Source: Felis catus
Taxonomy: Eukaryota
Reading direction: 5' to 3'
Length of the DNA: 64,000 nt
NCBI RefSeq assembly: GCF_018350175.1
Contig: NC_058375.1
Coordinates: 28,086,001 to 28,150,000 of the forward strand
A program made the translations under genes and the position numbers. Each line of letters starts with the position of its first letter. Position 1 is the first letter of the stretch. Under the pieces are notes generated by a model, which made no database searches, had not been told where the DNA came from, and saw nothing but the letters and a program-made list of their open reading frames with translations. Below are positions 44,036-56,085 of the stretch, one piece after another.

Positions 44036-44794
44036 TGTCAGCTACCAGTATGACTTCTGGCATACCAGTGAACCCAGTTCTTAACCTGAAGCTGGAGAGA
44101 TCATGTGCTTTGAAGTAAGTGCCCTTGGGATACACTGAAAGTGTGTGCCAACCAGCTTGCTTTTAGGGACTCTGAGGCCAAGAGGCCTGTGTTATGTTTT
44201 AGAGGAAAAATGGTGGAGCGGCCTGGACTGATGTGTTTGTGCTCCTGACCGTGGGTGGGACCCAGAGTCTCACTGTCCTCGCTTCACTAAAGGAAGGACA
44301 TTCAGTGACTGGATCTGAATGTAAGAAGCCTTTCTTCCCGTTCCCCCATGTCGTGGAGATCTAGATGTCACAGGATCACCTGCCTGGGGGAACACTGGCG
44401 TTTATACGCACACTGCTGTCTGTGGCCCCAGCCTGGGGGATTCCTTAGATGGTGATGTGCAGGAGGATGGGGCCAGGGAGAGGGGACATGGCAGCAGGGG
44501 CTGGCCTGCTCGGGGTGCCGGGTGGTGAACGCAGACCCCGGAGAGGCAGACAGGGGACAGTGGTGCTGCTGGGGGCGGGGCGGGGGGTTGGGGCAGAGTC
44601 CCAGACTGCCACTAACCCGGGGTTTGGTGGGCTGCAGAGGGTGCAGACCTAATCAGAAACTAAAGGTGCTCTTGGGGAAGAGGTTTGTAACGTGGGCTAC
44701 GCCCAGGTCCCGTCGTCAGCCCTAGGTGATCTCATGGGTCCCCATGGCTTCCATGTCACATCCATTTTGATGGTTTCTTCATGGGCGGGCCTAC

Positions 44795-45180
44795 TCTATT
44801 AGTCAGCCCGGGCCGCCATAACAAAACAACAGAAGGGGTTCAAACGACAGACATTTATTCTCTCACCGCTTTGGAGGCTGCAAGTCCAAGATCGGGATTC
44901 TGACCAATCTGGTTCTGGGGAGGGCTCTCTTCCTGGCTCGCAGGTTGTCACCTTCCAGCTGTGTCATCATATGGCCATTCCTTGGTACATCTGTGCAGAG
45001 AGAGAGCAAGCATATAGCTCTCTGATGTCCCTTCTTATAAGGACACTGATCTTACCAGATGAGGGCCGACCCTTATGACCTTGTTAACCTTAATTACTTC
45101 CTTGGAGGCCTGTCTCCATATACAGCCACCCTGGGGGTTAGGGCTCCAATATATACCTTTGGGGGGAACACTTAGCACCC
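44795..45180 (-). mobile_element. MaLR LTR (MLT1A0-like)
   Basis: tattagtc..gccataacaaa..acatttattctctcac..ggaggctg.aagtccaagatc..cttataaggacac. Confidence 0.85.
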
Positions 45181-45198
45181 ACTGTCATCTGCATTCTT

Positions 45199-45425
45199 TT
45201 TATTTTTTATTTTTTTTTTCAACGTTTTTTATTTATTTTTGGGACAGAGAGAGACAGAGCATGAACGGGGGAGGGGCAGAGAGAGAGGGAGACACAGGAT
45301 CGGAAACAGGCTCCAGGCTCCGAGCCATCAGCCCAGAGCCCGACACGGGGCTCGAACTCACGGACCTCGAGATCGTGACCTGGCTGAAGTCGGACGCTTA
45401 ACCGACTGTGCCACCCAGGTGCCCC
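45199..45425 (-). mobile_element. Young SINEC_Fc
   Basis: Perfect TSD catctgcattctt. Confidence 0.96.
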
Positions 45426-45955
45426 ATCTGCATTCTTAAGTTGCAGGTCTGTACATCCAGGTGCCAGCAGGACTCCTTAGCTGGCTGATTGGGTACCTCA
45501 CTCGCCTGGCCTGGCACCGAACTTCTTCCCTTAGACCTTTAATCTGGGGACGGCTGGGCATACCCAAGGGGTATTGGCAACCAGGTTTCTAGGTGACTCC
45601 GCCCTTAGCCATTGCTGATTAGACCAGAGGTGGACAATTGACACTAGCTTGGCCTCTCAGATGTTCTCTTTCCAGGTCTTAGAAGGGATTGATGCTGGTC
45701 AGTCCGGGCTGGTCTTTGGAACTGAGGCACTTTAAGCTCAGGAGGGGTGGGGTAGCCATCTGTGGTTAGCCATGTGCATGGAGAAGCTGAAAGAGAAGAA
45801 GGAAGTGGAGATACAGAGAAGATGACAAAGAGAGAAGGTTCTGGGTTCCTATCAGCTTTGCAGTCCTTCTGCGGTTGGGCTCTGGGCCTGCCCTCGGGCT
45901 TCACGAGACACCCTTGCATCCTTATAACATCCTGCTTTTAAAAATCGTACGCTTG

Positions 45956-46140
45956 GGGCACCTGGGTGGCTCAGTAGGTTAAGCATCTGACTCTCCGTTC
46001 TGACTCAGGTTGTGATCTCATGGTTCATGGGTTCAAGCCCTGCGTTGGGCTCCATGCCTTCACCCCGGCTGCCCTGCCCCTCCCTGGCAGATAGACACAT
46101 ACCCACACGCAGCCACGGGCTCTCTTTCTCTAGCTCTCTG
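45956..46140 (+). mobile_element. Can-SINE (older) merging into a CA-rich tract
   Basis: ggggcacctgggtggctcagtaggttaagc head. Confidence 0.85.
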
Positions 46141-48599
46141 TCACATACACGCTGATATATATATAGCCATGCTCTCTCTTGCACAAACACACCCACAGAC
46201 ACCCTGACATATGTATAAAAGCCCAGAGACACACACACAGAGACATACGCCAACATCTATAACTTTGTGGGTTCACACAAAGTCTAAGAACGCCTCCAGA
46301 CACAAGGACACGCGATGACCCAGAAACACACAAGCACAGACATATAAACACACACACTTCTAAAGGCAGATAACAGATACATATACAGAGTCACAGACGC
46401 TCACAGATATATGCAGAGAGGTATGCAGGCACTCATCGCCATGCAGAGGCAGCCACGTGAGCGTGAGGACACAGGTGCAGACGCCCCGGGCACGTACGTG
46501 TGCAACACAGCCCCACAGTTCCGTGCAGACAGGCCCCTGGGCCTCAGGGGGGCTGGGCTGGGCAGAGAGTGTCTGTGTAGGCTGGACCCTCAGATGCTGC
46601 TGTCTAGTGGACCTTCTCACTCAGCAACTGGGGAAAGGATTATCCAGGGAGCAGGGGGAGGTGACTCTCTCCTGTGCACCAGTCTCGACGAGGCGCGGGG
46701 GCTGCGGTGCGCGGGCTCCTGGGAACAGAGAGGGAGACTGCTCCATGAGAGGGATGGCTGTGACATGTGCTAGGGCAAGACCAGGCCTGTGGAGGGGGCA
46801 GGGCAGGGGCAGGTGGGGGGCAGCAGAACCTTGTCCCCCAGGGGAGGGACTGGGAAGCTGGGCTCCCACTGTCCGCTGCTGTAGGTCATGCTTCGCTTTC
46901 ACTGGCTTGAACGGGGGCACAGGGATTCCAGGGACCTTCTTGCGGCTGTGGCCTTCCCAAGCTCCAGCCCGTAACTGGGAGCCCTTGGCCTGGTCCTGGT
47001 GTCATGGCTATGACTGCATATGTGTGCGTGCATGCGTATAGCATGTAGGTGCACGCACAGACCACACGTACGCACACATGGGCGCGTGCGTGTAGATGCG
47101 CGTGCGTGGACCCAGTGTGTCCACGCTGGTGCGCGTGTGGAGCTTGTCATGAGAGTGCCGAAATCCGAGCTGTCCCCACCGCCACCGCCTCTCCACGTGC
47201 CTCAGCCGGGGGCCGCTCCAGATGTTGTTCCAACATTCCTCATTCACTGCAGAAAATCAAACAAACAAATGAAAAATTCACGCCATTGTTATCCAGGGAT
47301 GCCCCCAAGCTGCCGCTGCCGCTTCTAGCCCGCTCAGCTGGAGCAGATGGTGAAGCCTCTGGGGCTCACCTTGTGTCTTGGCACCCGGGTAGACAGGACC
47401 CCAGGGGGTTGGCGGGAGGCAGGCTGCTGTGGGTTGGGTCCCGACGTGACCACAGGGAGCTCTCGGGGCTCCAGAGGAGTGTCCGGCTCTCCTACCCAGC
47501 CCCCCATCCCAAGAGTCCCCCAGGGTGTGTGACCCAGGGCAGGAGGGCAGGGGAAAGCCGAGGCCCTGCGTATGCGTCGGACACCTGGCTGTCAACTGAG
47601 CTTTATATACAAGAAGGAGGAAGGCCGGGGGGCTTCTCAGCCTTTGACAGAGCAGGAAACTGAGCCTCAGAGGACTTAGTTGCCTTTCTGAGGTGCCTTT
47701 CTGATCCCGGTTCCTCCCAGCAACCCCCGTGGCAACATCAGACTCCCGTCCGTAATTAAGTTCCCGTTTTCCAGGGTGAGAAGCGTTCTGATCCCGAGAA
47801 ATGACGATGGCTTCTCATTACCCAGCCAGTTTCATTGTTTGTGGGATTTTCTCATTTGAATTCTCCCCCCAGAATCGGAGTAATTTTCTATGGAGATGCA
47901 GGAAAGAGCATGAGAGCAAGAATCACCGGCGGTCTTGGTCGTGCCTCTCCCACCTGCTCCCGCCTCGAACCACAGTCTGGGAACTGGGGTGACCTGGGCT
48001 GGTGGGCCAAAGCCTCAGAGAGGGGGCAGAAAGTGCTGGAAGCGGGTAGAAGTGTTCGGGGGGGGGGTCTTGGGAAGAGACTCTGACCCGAGAGCTGAGG
48101 AGGGTTGTCCCAGCCCCGAGGCTTCGGACAGGCATCGCCCGAAACCTGGCTGTGTGTGCACAAGCGTGTGTCGGCAGGGAGGCGAGCGACTGGGTGAGGT
48201 GTCCCTGCTGTGTGTCCGTGACCGGGCCTGCGGATGCGAGGCTCCGTGCGCGGCTACGCGGGCGCTCGTGTCCGCGCGTGAGTGACTATGGCTGCGGGTG
48301 CGTCCCCACCTGTGTGACGAAGCACGGGTTGTCACGTACCTGTGGCTTCGCAGGTCTGTGTGCGTGCGTAACTGTGAGTGTGTGGGCCGGGGGACCATGC
48401 TGTTCTCCACGCCTGTGTCTGCGTGGCCCCGCGTGTCCATGTGTAGCTGTGGGTGCGAGCCCAAGTGTGCGTGCGTGTGCCTGTCCCCGGGCACCCGTGT
48501 GGGACCACTGGTGTGAGTTTGCTGAGAAGCCACACTCTTACTGAGGCAGGGTGGGGCTGGTGGAATTCACCTGTGGTTGACACTCATTTCTGACGTCAG

Positions 48600-49600
48600 G
48601 CACTTTGTTTTTCCATAAGAGGCATTTGAAACATGATTTTTGAGCATTGGTGTTGTGGATACAGTGAGGAAGGAGACAGGCAAAGACCCTGTACTCGGAG
48701 CTGATAATTACGTAGAGAAGGCAGAGAGGAGACACGTAATTAGCCTAACAGTCACATCATCGTAAGTTTTGGTGGTTGCTGTGAAGGCCAAGAGCTCAGG
48801 GCTGTGTAAGACCGACATAAGGCTCCTCATGTAGCCTGGGGGTCAAGGCTGAGGGGTGGGGGGCTTCTCTGAGGAAGTGACATTTAGGCTGAGGCCTAAA
48901 GAGCGAGTAGGAACTAGCCAGGCTAAGGGGTGGTGGGATGGGCGTGGGGAGGAAGGGTGTTACAGGCAGAGGGAACGGTATGTGCAAAGACTCTGATGTA
49001 TGACTGAGCGAGTTCCTTGGAGAAACTGTAAGAAGGCCAGGGACAGGTGTGCACATAAAAGGAGGCCGGAAAAGCAGCAGGCACCAGAGATTGGAGGCCT
49101 TCCAGACCTTGGTGAAGGCTTTAGACTTTATCCTATAAGCAACAGAAGGCAGGGAAGTTCTGATGTGATCATGGCTGCCATACTGACCTGATTGTCAGGC
49201 TCTAAAGGGAGGATGCAGAGAAACTGGAAGGGAGGCGGACGAAGTGGTCCAGGCAGAGGATGGCTTGGCCCGGGAAGTGAGAGGGGTGGACGTGGAGGGA
49301 AGTGGAGAGATTCGTGTAAGTGAGGGCAGGAGAGGGAGGGGGAGGCTGGCAGCCGAGATGATGTTGTGGGCTGGGTGGGTGGATGGAAGGCGCATGCGTG
49401 GAGGGCGGGGGACTGATCGTCCCAATGGGACACGTTGGGGTTGAGATGCTTGTGGGACACGGGGGTGGAGAGGTCCAGGAGGCAGTTGTGGATGAAAGCC
49501 TGGAGTTCAGGAAGGTTTACGCTGGGGATAGGGATTATGGCGAGTGGAAGCCGGGACCTGGAGGAAGACCAACTGGGGTGAGCAGATTGGGGGGACACAG
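48600..49600 (-). mobile_element. L2 (about 1 kb, degenerate)
   Basis: ctctgaggaagtgacatttaggctga..caggcagagggaac..ttgagatgc..caggaggcagttg. Confidence 0.75.
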
Positions 49601-49659
49601 GGTGATTTTCTTTGCCTCGGTGGCAGAGTCTACAGTTTAGGGGACAGGTGAATGTAGCA

Positions 49660-50190
49660 CTTCAGATTCCAGACTCTGTTTCTGGGTGTGTACCCAAGAG
49701 TCAAAGGCAGGGACTCGAACAGATTATTTGAATATTTATGTTTACCACAACATTATTCACTATAGCCAAAAGGCGGAAACAACCCACATGTCCATCAATG
49801 GATGGACGGGTAAACCGAGTGAGTCTATCCAGACAATGGCGTATTATTCTGCCTCCAAAGGAAGGAAATTCTGACACATGATACAACACAGATGAACTCT
49901 GAGAACACTATCCGAGGTGAAGTCAGCCAGACACAAAAGGGCATATACTGTGTGATTCCACTTAAGAAGTCAGATTCAGAGGGACGGAAAATAGAACAGA
50001 GCTGAGCAGGGGCTGGTGGTGGCGGGGGGAGGTTGCTGGTGCATAATGGGTGCGGAGTTCTGGTTTGGCAAGACAGAAAGAGCTCTGTGGATGGAGGGTG
50101 GGGGCTGCATCAAAGGGTGAGTGTACTTAACGCTATTGGATTATACACTTAAAAATGGGTTGTAACTGATATGTATATTTTGCCGCAATT
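49660..50190 (+). mobile_element. L1MB 3' end
   Basis: cattattcactatagccaaaaggcggaaacaacccacatgtccatcaatggatg...tacacttaaaaatgg. Confidence 0.85.
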
Positions 50191-50382
50191 AAAAAAAAAA
50201 GATTTATTTTTGAGGGAGAGAGTGCCAGTGGGGGAGGGGCAAAAGGAGAGGGCAACAGAGGATCCAAAGCAGCCTCCGAGGTGACAGCAGTGAACCTGAT
50301 GCGGGGCTTGAACTCACAGACCGTGAGATCATGGCCCGAGCCGAAGTCAGACGCTCAACGGACTGAGCCACCCAGGTGCCCC
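50191..50382 (-). mobile_element. Can-SINE inserted at L1MB tail
   Basis: agaggatccaaagcag..gagccacccaggtgcccc; degenerate TSD t(a/g)tttt(g/a)cc(g/a)caatt. Confidence 0.9.
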
Positions 50383-50855
50383 TGTTTTACCACAATTTTA
50401 AAAAGGAGCCAGCCAGCCTGCTGAGTTTGAATCCCCGCTCTCTGATTTAAAAGCTGTGTGACTCTGGGCAAGTTGCTGAACCTCTCTGGGACTCAGTTAT
50501 CTCATATCATAATAATGCCTCTCTAGAGGGTTGTTGAGGGGATCAAATGAGTTTATATATGTGATGTGATAAGAACACTGGTCCATACTTTGTGCGGTTA
50601 TCACTATCTTTATCAGCAGCAGACCAGAACCTAGGTCCTGGGGGCTCTTGGTCAAGAGCCTGTGAAGCTGGGCCGGTGCCTTGGGGCAGGCGGGAGGGAC
50701 CAGACTTGCTTCCGCTCTTGTGCCTAGGCCGTGTTGTGCACCATCACAGGCCTATGACTGAACGGAGCTCCCTGGGGCCTGTGTGGTGGGGCAGAGGGAA
50801 CCCTGGGGGGAAACCAAATCTAAGAGCTAGAGGAGGCCTCATGGGAGGACAGGAT

Positions 50856-51025
50856 GGATGAGGCCCACCCACGATGTGGAGGACAGTCTGCTTTACTCAA
50901 GTCCACAGACTTAGATGTTAATCTCATCCAAAAACATCTTCGCAGAAACATCCAGAATAATGCTTGGATAGCCGTCTGGGCACCCCGTGGCCCAGCCAAG
51001 TTGGCACACAAAATTAGCCATCGCG
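50856..51025 (-). mobile_element. MLT2 (ERVL) LTR 5' fragment
   Basis: ggatgaggcccaccca..tctgctttactc..atgttaatctcatcc..ggcccagccaagttggcacacaaaattagccatc. Confidence 0.8.
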
Positions 51026-51139
51026 GGAACCGATTGCCTCTTGACTGGGGACATACAAGGACACTCAGGAGGCCCCCCTGCATCCTCTTGGCCACTCCTT
51101 GATCCATTTCCCACCAAGAACCACAGAGCTCTCTCCGAG

Positions 51140-51208
51140 CGTGCCACTCCCCTCTGGTCTCTGATCGTGCCACTCCCCTCTGGTCTCTGATCGTGCCACT
51201 CCCCTCTG
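51140..51208 (+). repeat. Perfect 26-bp tandem repeat (about 2.6 copies)
   Basis: cgtgccactcccctctggtctctgat at 51140 and 51166, partial at 51192. Confidence 0.95.
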
Positions 51209-51852
51209 CTCTAGGGATAAATATCGCATTGTAATTATTACTTACAAGGCCCGGCTTGCCTCTGCCTGTTTACCAGTTCTCCTGCTCGTCTGCCTGTGCC
51301 TCAGACTTGCTCTCTGCTCTCAGCCGTATTGGCCTTCCGTGTGCTCGCTGTGCCTTCTCTCATCTTTGAAGATGCTGGCTCTGACTTTTTGGGAGCATCC
51401 CCCCACCCCTTACCCAGAGCTCTTGACTCCCATGTTCCACAGGCTACCCTCACTTGTCTCTTCTGCCTCTGGGTCAGGCCTCGGGCTGAGGACACTCAGG
51501 TAGGTTAGATGTGGGCCAGGACAAGGCAAAGGGACAGAGTGAGACAGGATGGACAAGACACTGTGAGAGCAAAAAACTGTGGGGGTGGGAGGGGAGGGAA
51601 CATGTCTGATCCCCCAAAACTCTTCCCCCAAAGGGAATCTGATTTGGTCAGATTTAGGATGCTGGGTCCTGTTTACCCGCAGACAGGGAGGCCATGCTGT
51701 CACTCAGCTTGTCCTTACGGTGGGACCAGAAGCTGAGCCAAGAGTGTCGGCGTTAAAGGGTGGCATTGCCGGCCTTGAACTCCTCACAACCTCCATTAGC
51801 ATTTCTCCTCCAAAACGGCATGAAATAAAATTTGAAATGAGAACAGTATTCT

Positions 51853-52061
51853 TTTTAAAAAATTTTTTATTTTTGAGAGAGACAGAGGCAGGCTGCAAGC
51901 AGAGGGAGGGGCAGAGAGAGAGGGAGACGCAGAGTCCGAAGCAGCCTCTAGGCTCTGAGCTGTCAGCACAGAGCCCAACGCGGGGTTCGAACCCACAAAC
52001 CATGAGATCATGACCTGAGCTGAAGTCGATTGCTTAACCGACTGAGCCACCCAGGCGCCCC
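51853..52061 (-). mobile_element. SINEC_Fc
   Basis: TSD tgagaacagt on both sides. Confidence 0.94.
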
Positions 52062-52244
52062 TGAGAACAGTGTACTTGTAATTCAAAGGCACCTTTAAGA
52101 CAAGTCCCCCAGCCGCCTCTTCTGATTGGGTTGCCAACCCTAAGCCCATAGAGAAATTTCTGGAACCAAGGCTGCAATCAGGCCTTAGGCCTCGTTCTCT
52201 TTTCAAATGATTCTAGAGTTTCCACTGCTCTGGGGTTGGCCACT

Positions 52245-52730
52245 GTTTTCGTTATCTATCACTGTGTAACAAGTGGCCCTGAAACTTAGTGGCCTCAAAT
52301 GATCTTACGGTCTCTGTGGGCCATGGATTTGGGAGCGGCTTAGCTGGTGTGGCTCTGGGCCAGGGTCTCTCATGTGGCTGTAATCAGGATGTCTGCTGGG
52401 GCTGCAGTGATCCGGAAGCTTGACTGGGGCTCGAGGAGCTGTTTCCCTGGTGCTGTGCTCACATGACTGTGGGTGGGAGGCCACAATTTCTCACCTGCTG
52501 TTGGTAGGAGGTCTTAGTTTCTGGCCACGTAAGCGTCTCTGTGTGCTGCCGTGTGTTCTCACGACATGGCAGTTAACTTCTCCCAGAATGAGTACTTTAA
52601 GACAGAATGGGCGAGGAGGAGGCCACTGTGCCTTTATGACTTAGTCTCTGGGCCGTGTCACTTTTGCTTTATTCTGCGCATTAGAAGCAGATGGCTAAGC
52701 CCAGCCATACTCAAGGGGTGGGGATTTAGG
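52245..52730 (-). mobile_element. MaLR LTR (MLT1H-like)
   Basis: gttatctatcactgtgtaacaa..aaacttagtggc..gggctgcagt..ttttgctttattctg..ttagaagc. Confidence 0.75.
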
Positions 52731-52967
52731 CTCCATCCGATTCCACAGCCACTAATGGGTGATAAGGTTTGGATTTAGGGTTGTGGGCAGGGATTATGCC
52801 CCAGGCACACCAGACGCTGACCCAGCTAATAATAAGGGGCTTTTTGTTGTTGTTGTTATTCCTTGCGTGTGTAACTCAAAGAGGAGGGATAATTAGCAGA
52901 ACAAAACACAGGCATTCCTGGATCCTCCAGTCAAATACCACTAACTACACTAAATCAGAACTTCATT

Positions 52968-53180
52968 GGGGCGCCTGGGTGAATCAGTCGGTTAAATGTC
53001 CGGCCTCGGCTCAGCTCATGATCTCACGGTTTGTGAGTTCGAGCCCCACGTCGGGCTCTGTGCTGACAGCTCAGAGCCTGGAGCCTGCTTCGGATTCTGT
53101 GTCTCCCTCTCTCTCCCTCTGCCCCTCTCCTGCTCGCGCTCTGTCTCTCAAAAATAAATAAACGTTAAAAAAAAAAAAAA
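52968..53180 (+). mobile_element. SINEC_Fc
   Basis: TSD agaacttcatt 52957/53180. Confidence 0.96.
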
Positions 53181-54694
53181 GAACTTCATTTAGAATTCTA
53201 ATAATGACTAACCTTGCCTGGGTGAGGTGGATGGAGAGAATGAGGGGGGCAGGCTTCACATAAGAGAGAACACGTTTACATTGGGTTTTGAAGGATGAAT
53301 AGGAGTTCACGAGGAAGACGATTTGTGAGCCAAGTGGAACAGAGCAGAAATAAAGCAGGTCAGGGAGTCAGAATGACAGAGGTTCGAATCCTGGCTCAGT
53401 TGCTGGTTGTGTGAGCTTCAGCAAGTCAGGTCCGCTCTTTCCGGTTTTTTGTTTTGTACCTATAAATGAGCGAGAACAAAGCAAATAATGCTCCAGGGTT
53501 ATTGTAAGGGCTGGTGATAGTGCATGTGAGGTGCGTGGCAGACCACAGGTGTGCAATAAATGGTAAGCAAAAATTCGCTTCGAAAGGTCTGAGACCTGAA
53601 AGGGCCTGCGGTGTTCAGAGCACGCAGGGGAAATTCTGCAGGCTCAGTGACGTTCATAGGATTTTAGTTGTTTTCTCTCTCTTGCTCCAGCCCAGCCCAG
53701 TTCACTGCACTCATTGACTCGACCAGCCAATAATGATTAATTATAAATGGGAGAATCTGGGTCCCAGCCAGGCTCAGTCCTGAGGCTGTCCTGGGAGAGC
53801 AGACGAGGGGGCAGGGCCCGTGGAGTCCCCCCTGCCACCGTTTCCAGGTCAGTTCCTTGGGCAGTGGGCTTTAAGCAGATGGAGAGATAGATGAATGTTG
53901 TCTGAGGGGTCTTCCTACCGGTTCCCAGTCGCCTGCTCTGCTGCCTCTGGGGACATTAGCATTCTGCAGGCAGCTGTTTAGGTGTAAGATCAATGCATTA
54001 CATGTGTCGCCGGAAGGACCAGTAAACAAAGGGCGAGGTAGGTAAGTTGGAGGAGAAATTGGCAGGGTCTGCTGGGCGGGTCTGTGCTGACTCAGCATCA
54101 GCTTCCCTCCTTGGCTCAGGGCAACTCCGTGGTGTGGCCAGGGGGTTGTGGGGAGCGGCCACGACTTGGGCTTTTCATGCTAGCTGGTTCTAGGTCTTGG
54201 GGGGGGGGCACAAAGCAGAAAGAGCCAGAAGTTCTGTTGCTCCGGCTTCATGCGACTCATGCAACTTTTTTGGGTCCTGTCTCATCACTATCTGAAGCCT
54301 CCAACGGACTTCCCTGTACTGGGTCTCTGACTGCGGGACAAAGCAGGAAGCTCATCAGAAAGGGGGCTGGAGACCTGAGCTGGGATCGCAGCTCTCCTTG
54401 GGTGACCTCAGGTGCATCACTTCACCTCTCTGTGCCTCAGTTTCCTCATCTGTGAAATGGGGGTCCCAGGCTGCCAGGCGTGGGCCAGCTCGGATGGCCT
54501 AATGGCTGTGGGTGAGCCGTGGCCACTGTGTGGGGACAGGACATCAAAGGGAGGGTGGGAGTCTCCATCCTCCCTAGAATCCTTGGGAAGGTTTAAATCC
54601 TCTCTGGTGTGATGGGCCCTTTCCTGTCAGGGCAGGATCTGGAGTCTTTGGCGTCTCCCCGTCAAGCCCTTGTTGCTTCAAGCCCTGTGACCGC

Positions 54695-54860
54695 ACAAGT
54701 TGTCAAAGTGTGGTCCTCGGGCCGGCAGCACGAGCGGCATCACCAGGGAGGGTGTTAGAAACGGAAGTTTTCGGGCTCCATTCCAGACTTGGTGAATCAA
54801 ACTCAGGGGGTGGCCCAACCCTCTGGGTGATCCCGATGTCGGGGACATTGGAGGATCAGT
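54695..54860 (+). mobile_element. MER5A
   Basis: tcaaagtgtggtcc..cagca..gcatcaccagggag..gttagaaa..gaatcaaactc. Confidence 0.7.
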
Positions 54861-55854
54861 GTTCCAAGGCACTATCCCCTCCACAGGGTGCCCCCTCCCA
54901 CTCACTCCCCCCCCCCTCCATCCCAGCTGGAGGCCCCGTGGAGGGAGGGAGGCTGGCAAGACCGACAGGGAGTCTCTGCTACAGAGAGAACCCTGGAGGG
55001 GGCGTCTCTCCCCTCTGCCTGTAGCTCAAGACATCCCGGAACCTCACCAGTGGGGCTGATGCCAGGGTATTTGAATAGCTCATTAGCTCTGCTCTGGGCT
55101 TCGATCCCTCTTAATTAGTTTTGCAAAAGATATTCATTAAAAAAAACCTCATTACAAGTCAAGCACAGGTCCTCGCTAAGTTTGCGGGCGTGGGTATATG
55201 GGGGTGCGTCTTTGTCCTTCGAGTGCCTGTGAGTCAGCGGGCTGGTGCACTCAGGTGTCAGTGAACGTGGAGGTGTGGGAGTGTCCGGGCGTGGAGAAGC
55301 ACCTTTGCCGGGGTGTTGCATCGGTGTGTCGGTGCTCACACATCCATTTCTCCTCCAGGGGTCCCCCGCGAAGCAGATTATTCCTCCCCTCTTCATAAGT
55401 CATTATTCCTACTGGGCCCACTTTGCAGGGAAACATACCCTTCCAAGCCACATCTATCCTGGTTGTTTTGCTTTCTCTGCGCCCCCAGTTCTGGGTTCCA
55501 GGCACGACGATGGCCGACAAAAGACCTGTTCCGGCCAGCTGAGCAGCCAGGGGGAGACAACAGTCCAATGTGAGAATTTGAAGAGGCTGCTGGATGCCCT
55601 CTCCCACCCGTGTGCTGTGTCCTGATGCCTGAAGCCACAGCCTAGGGGGCTGCTCCTTGGGATTGTAGCCCCTCAGGTTTCCCGCCCCAGAAAGCTCAGC
55701 CAGCGACAGGGCTGCCTGTGGGGTTGGGAGAGAAGGCCAGCTTTGGGGGGAGGGACTGGGGCGTGTCCTGAGATGCTTAGGCCGAGTCTGGGGGGCACTC
55801 TCCCGCCCCCCTCCCACCCTGTCCCTATTTCCCTACTGCATTCCTTGCTGTGAG

Positions 55855-56085
55855 CATCCCCATTTGGAGCCAAGTAAATTTATGGCATAATCCTGCATGG
55901 AAATGCACGGAAATGCTGCCAATTACCATCAAGCCGAGAGAGGCTGCATCCCTGACGCCCGCCTCGGTCTGCTGTCTGTCGGCTCTCAGCCTTCCAGAAA
56001 CCACAGGGAGCTAGAAGCCAGCCAGGACGGCCCAGATTGGCGGAGTGGGGCCATTTGTATAAAACTCTTTATTCCACTCACCTGG
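55855..56085. promoter_or_regulatory. Enhancer-like island
   Basis: GTAAATTTATGGC, ATAATCC, GGAAATGC twice, CCAATTAC, TATAAAA. Confidence 0.3.
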
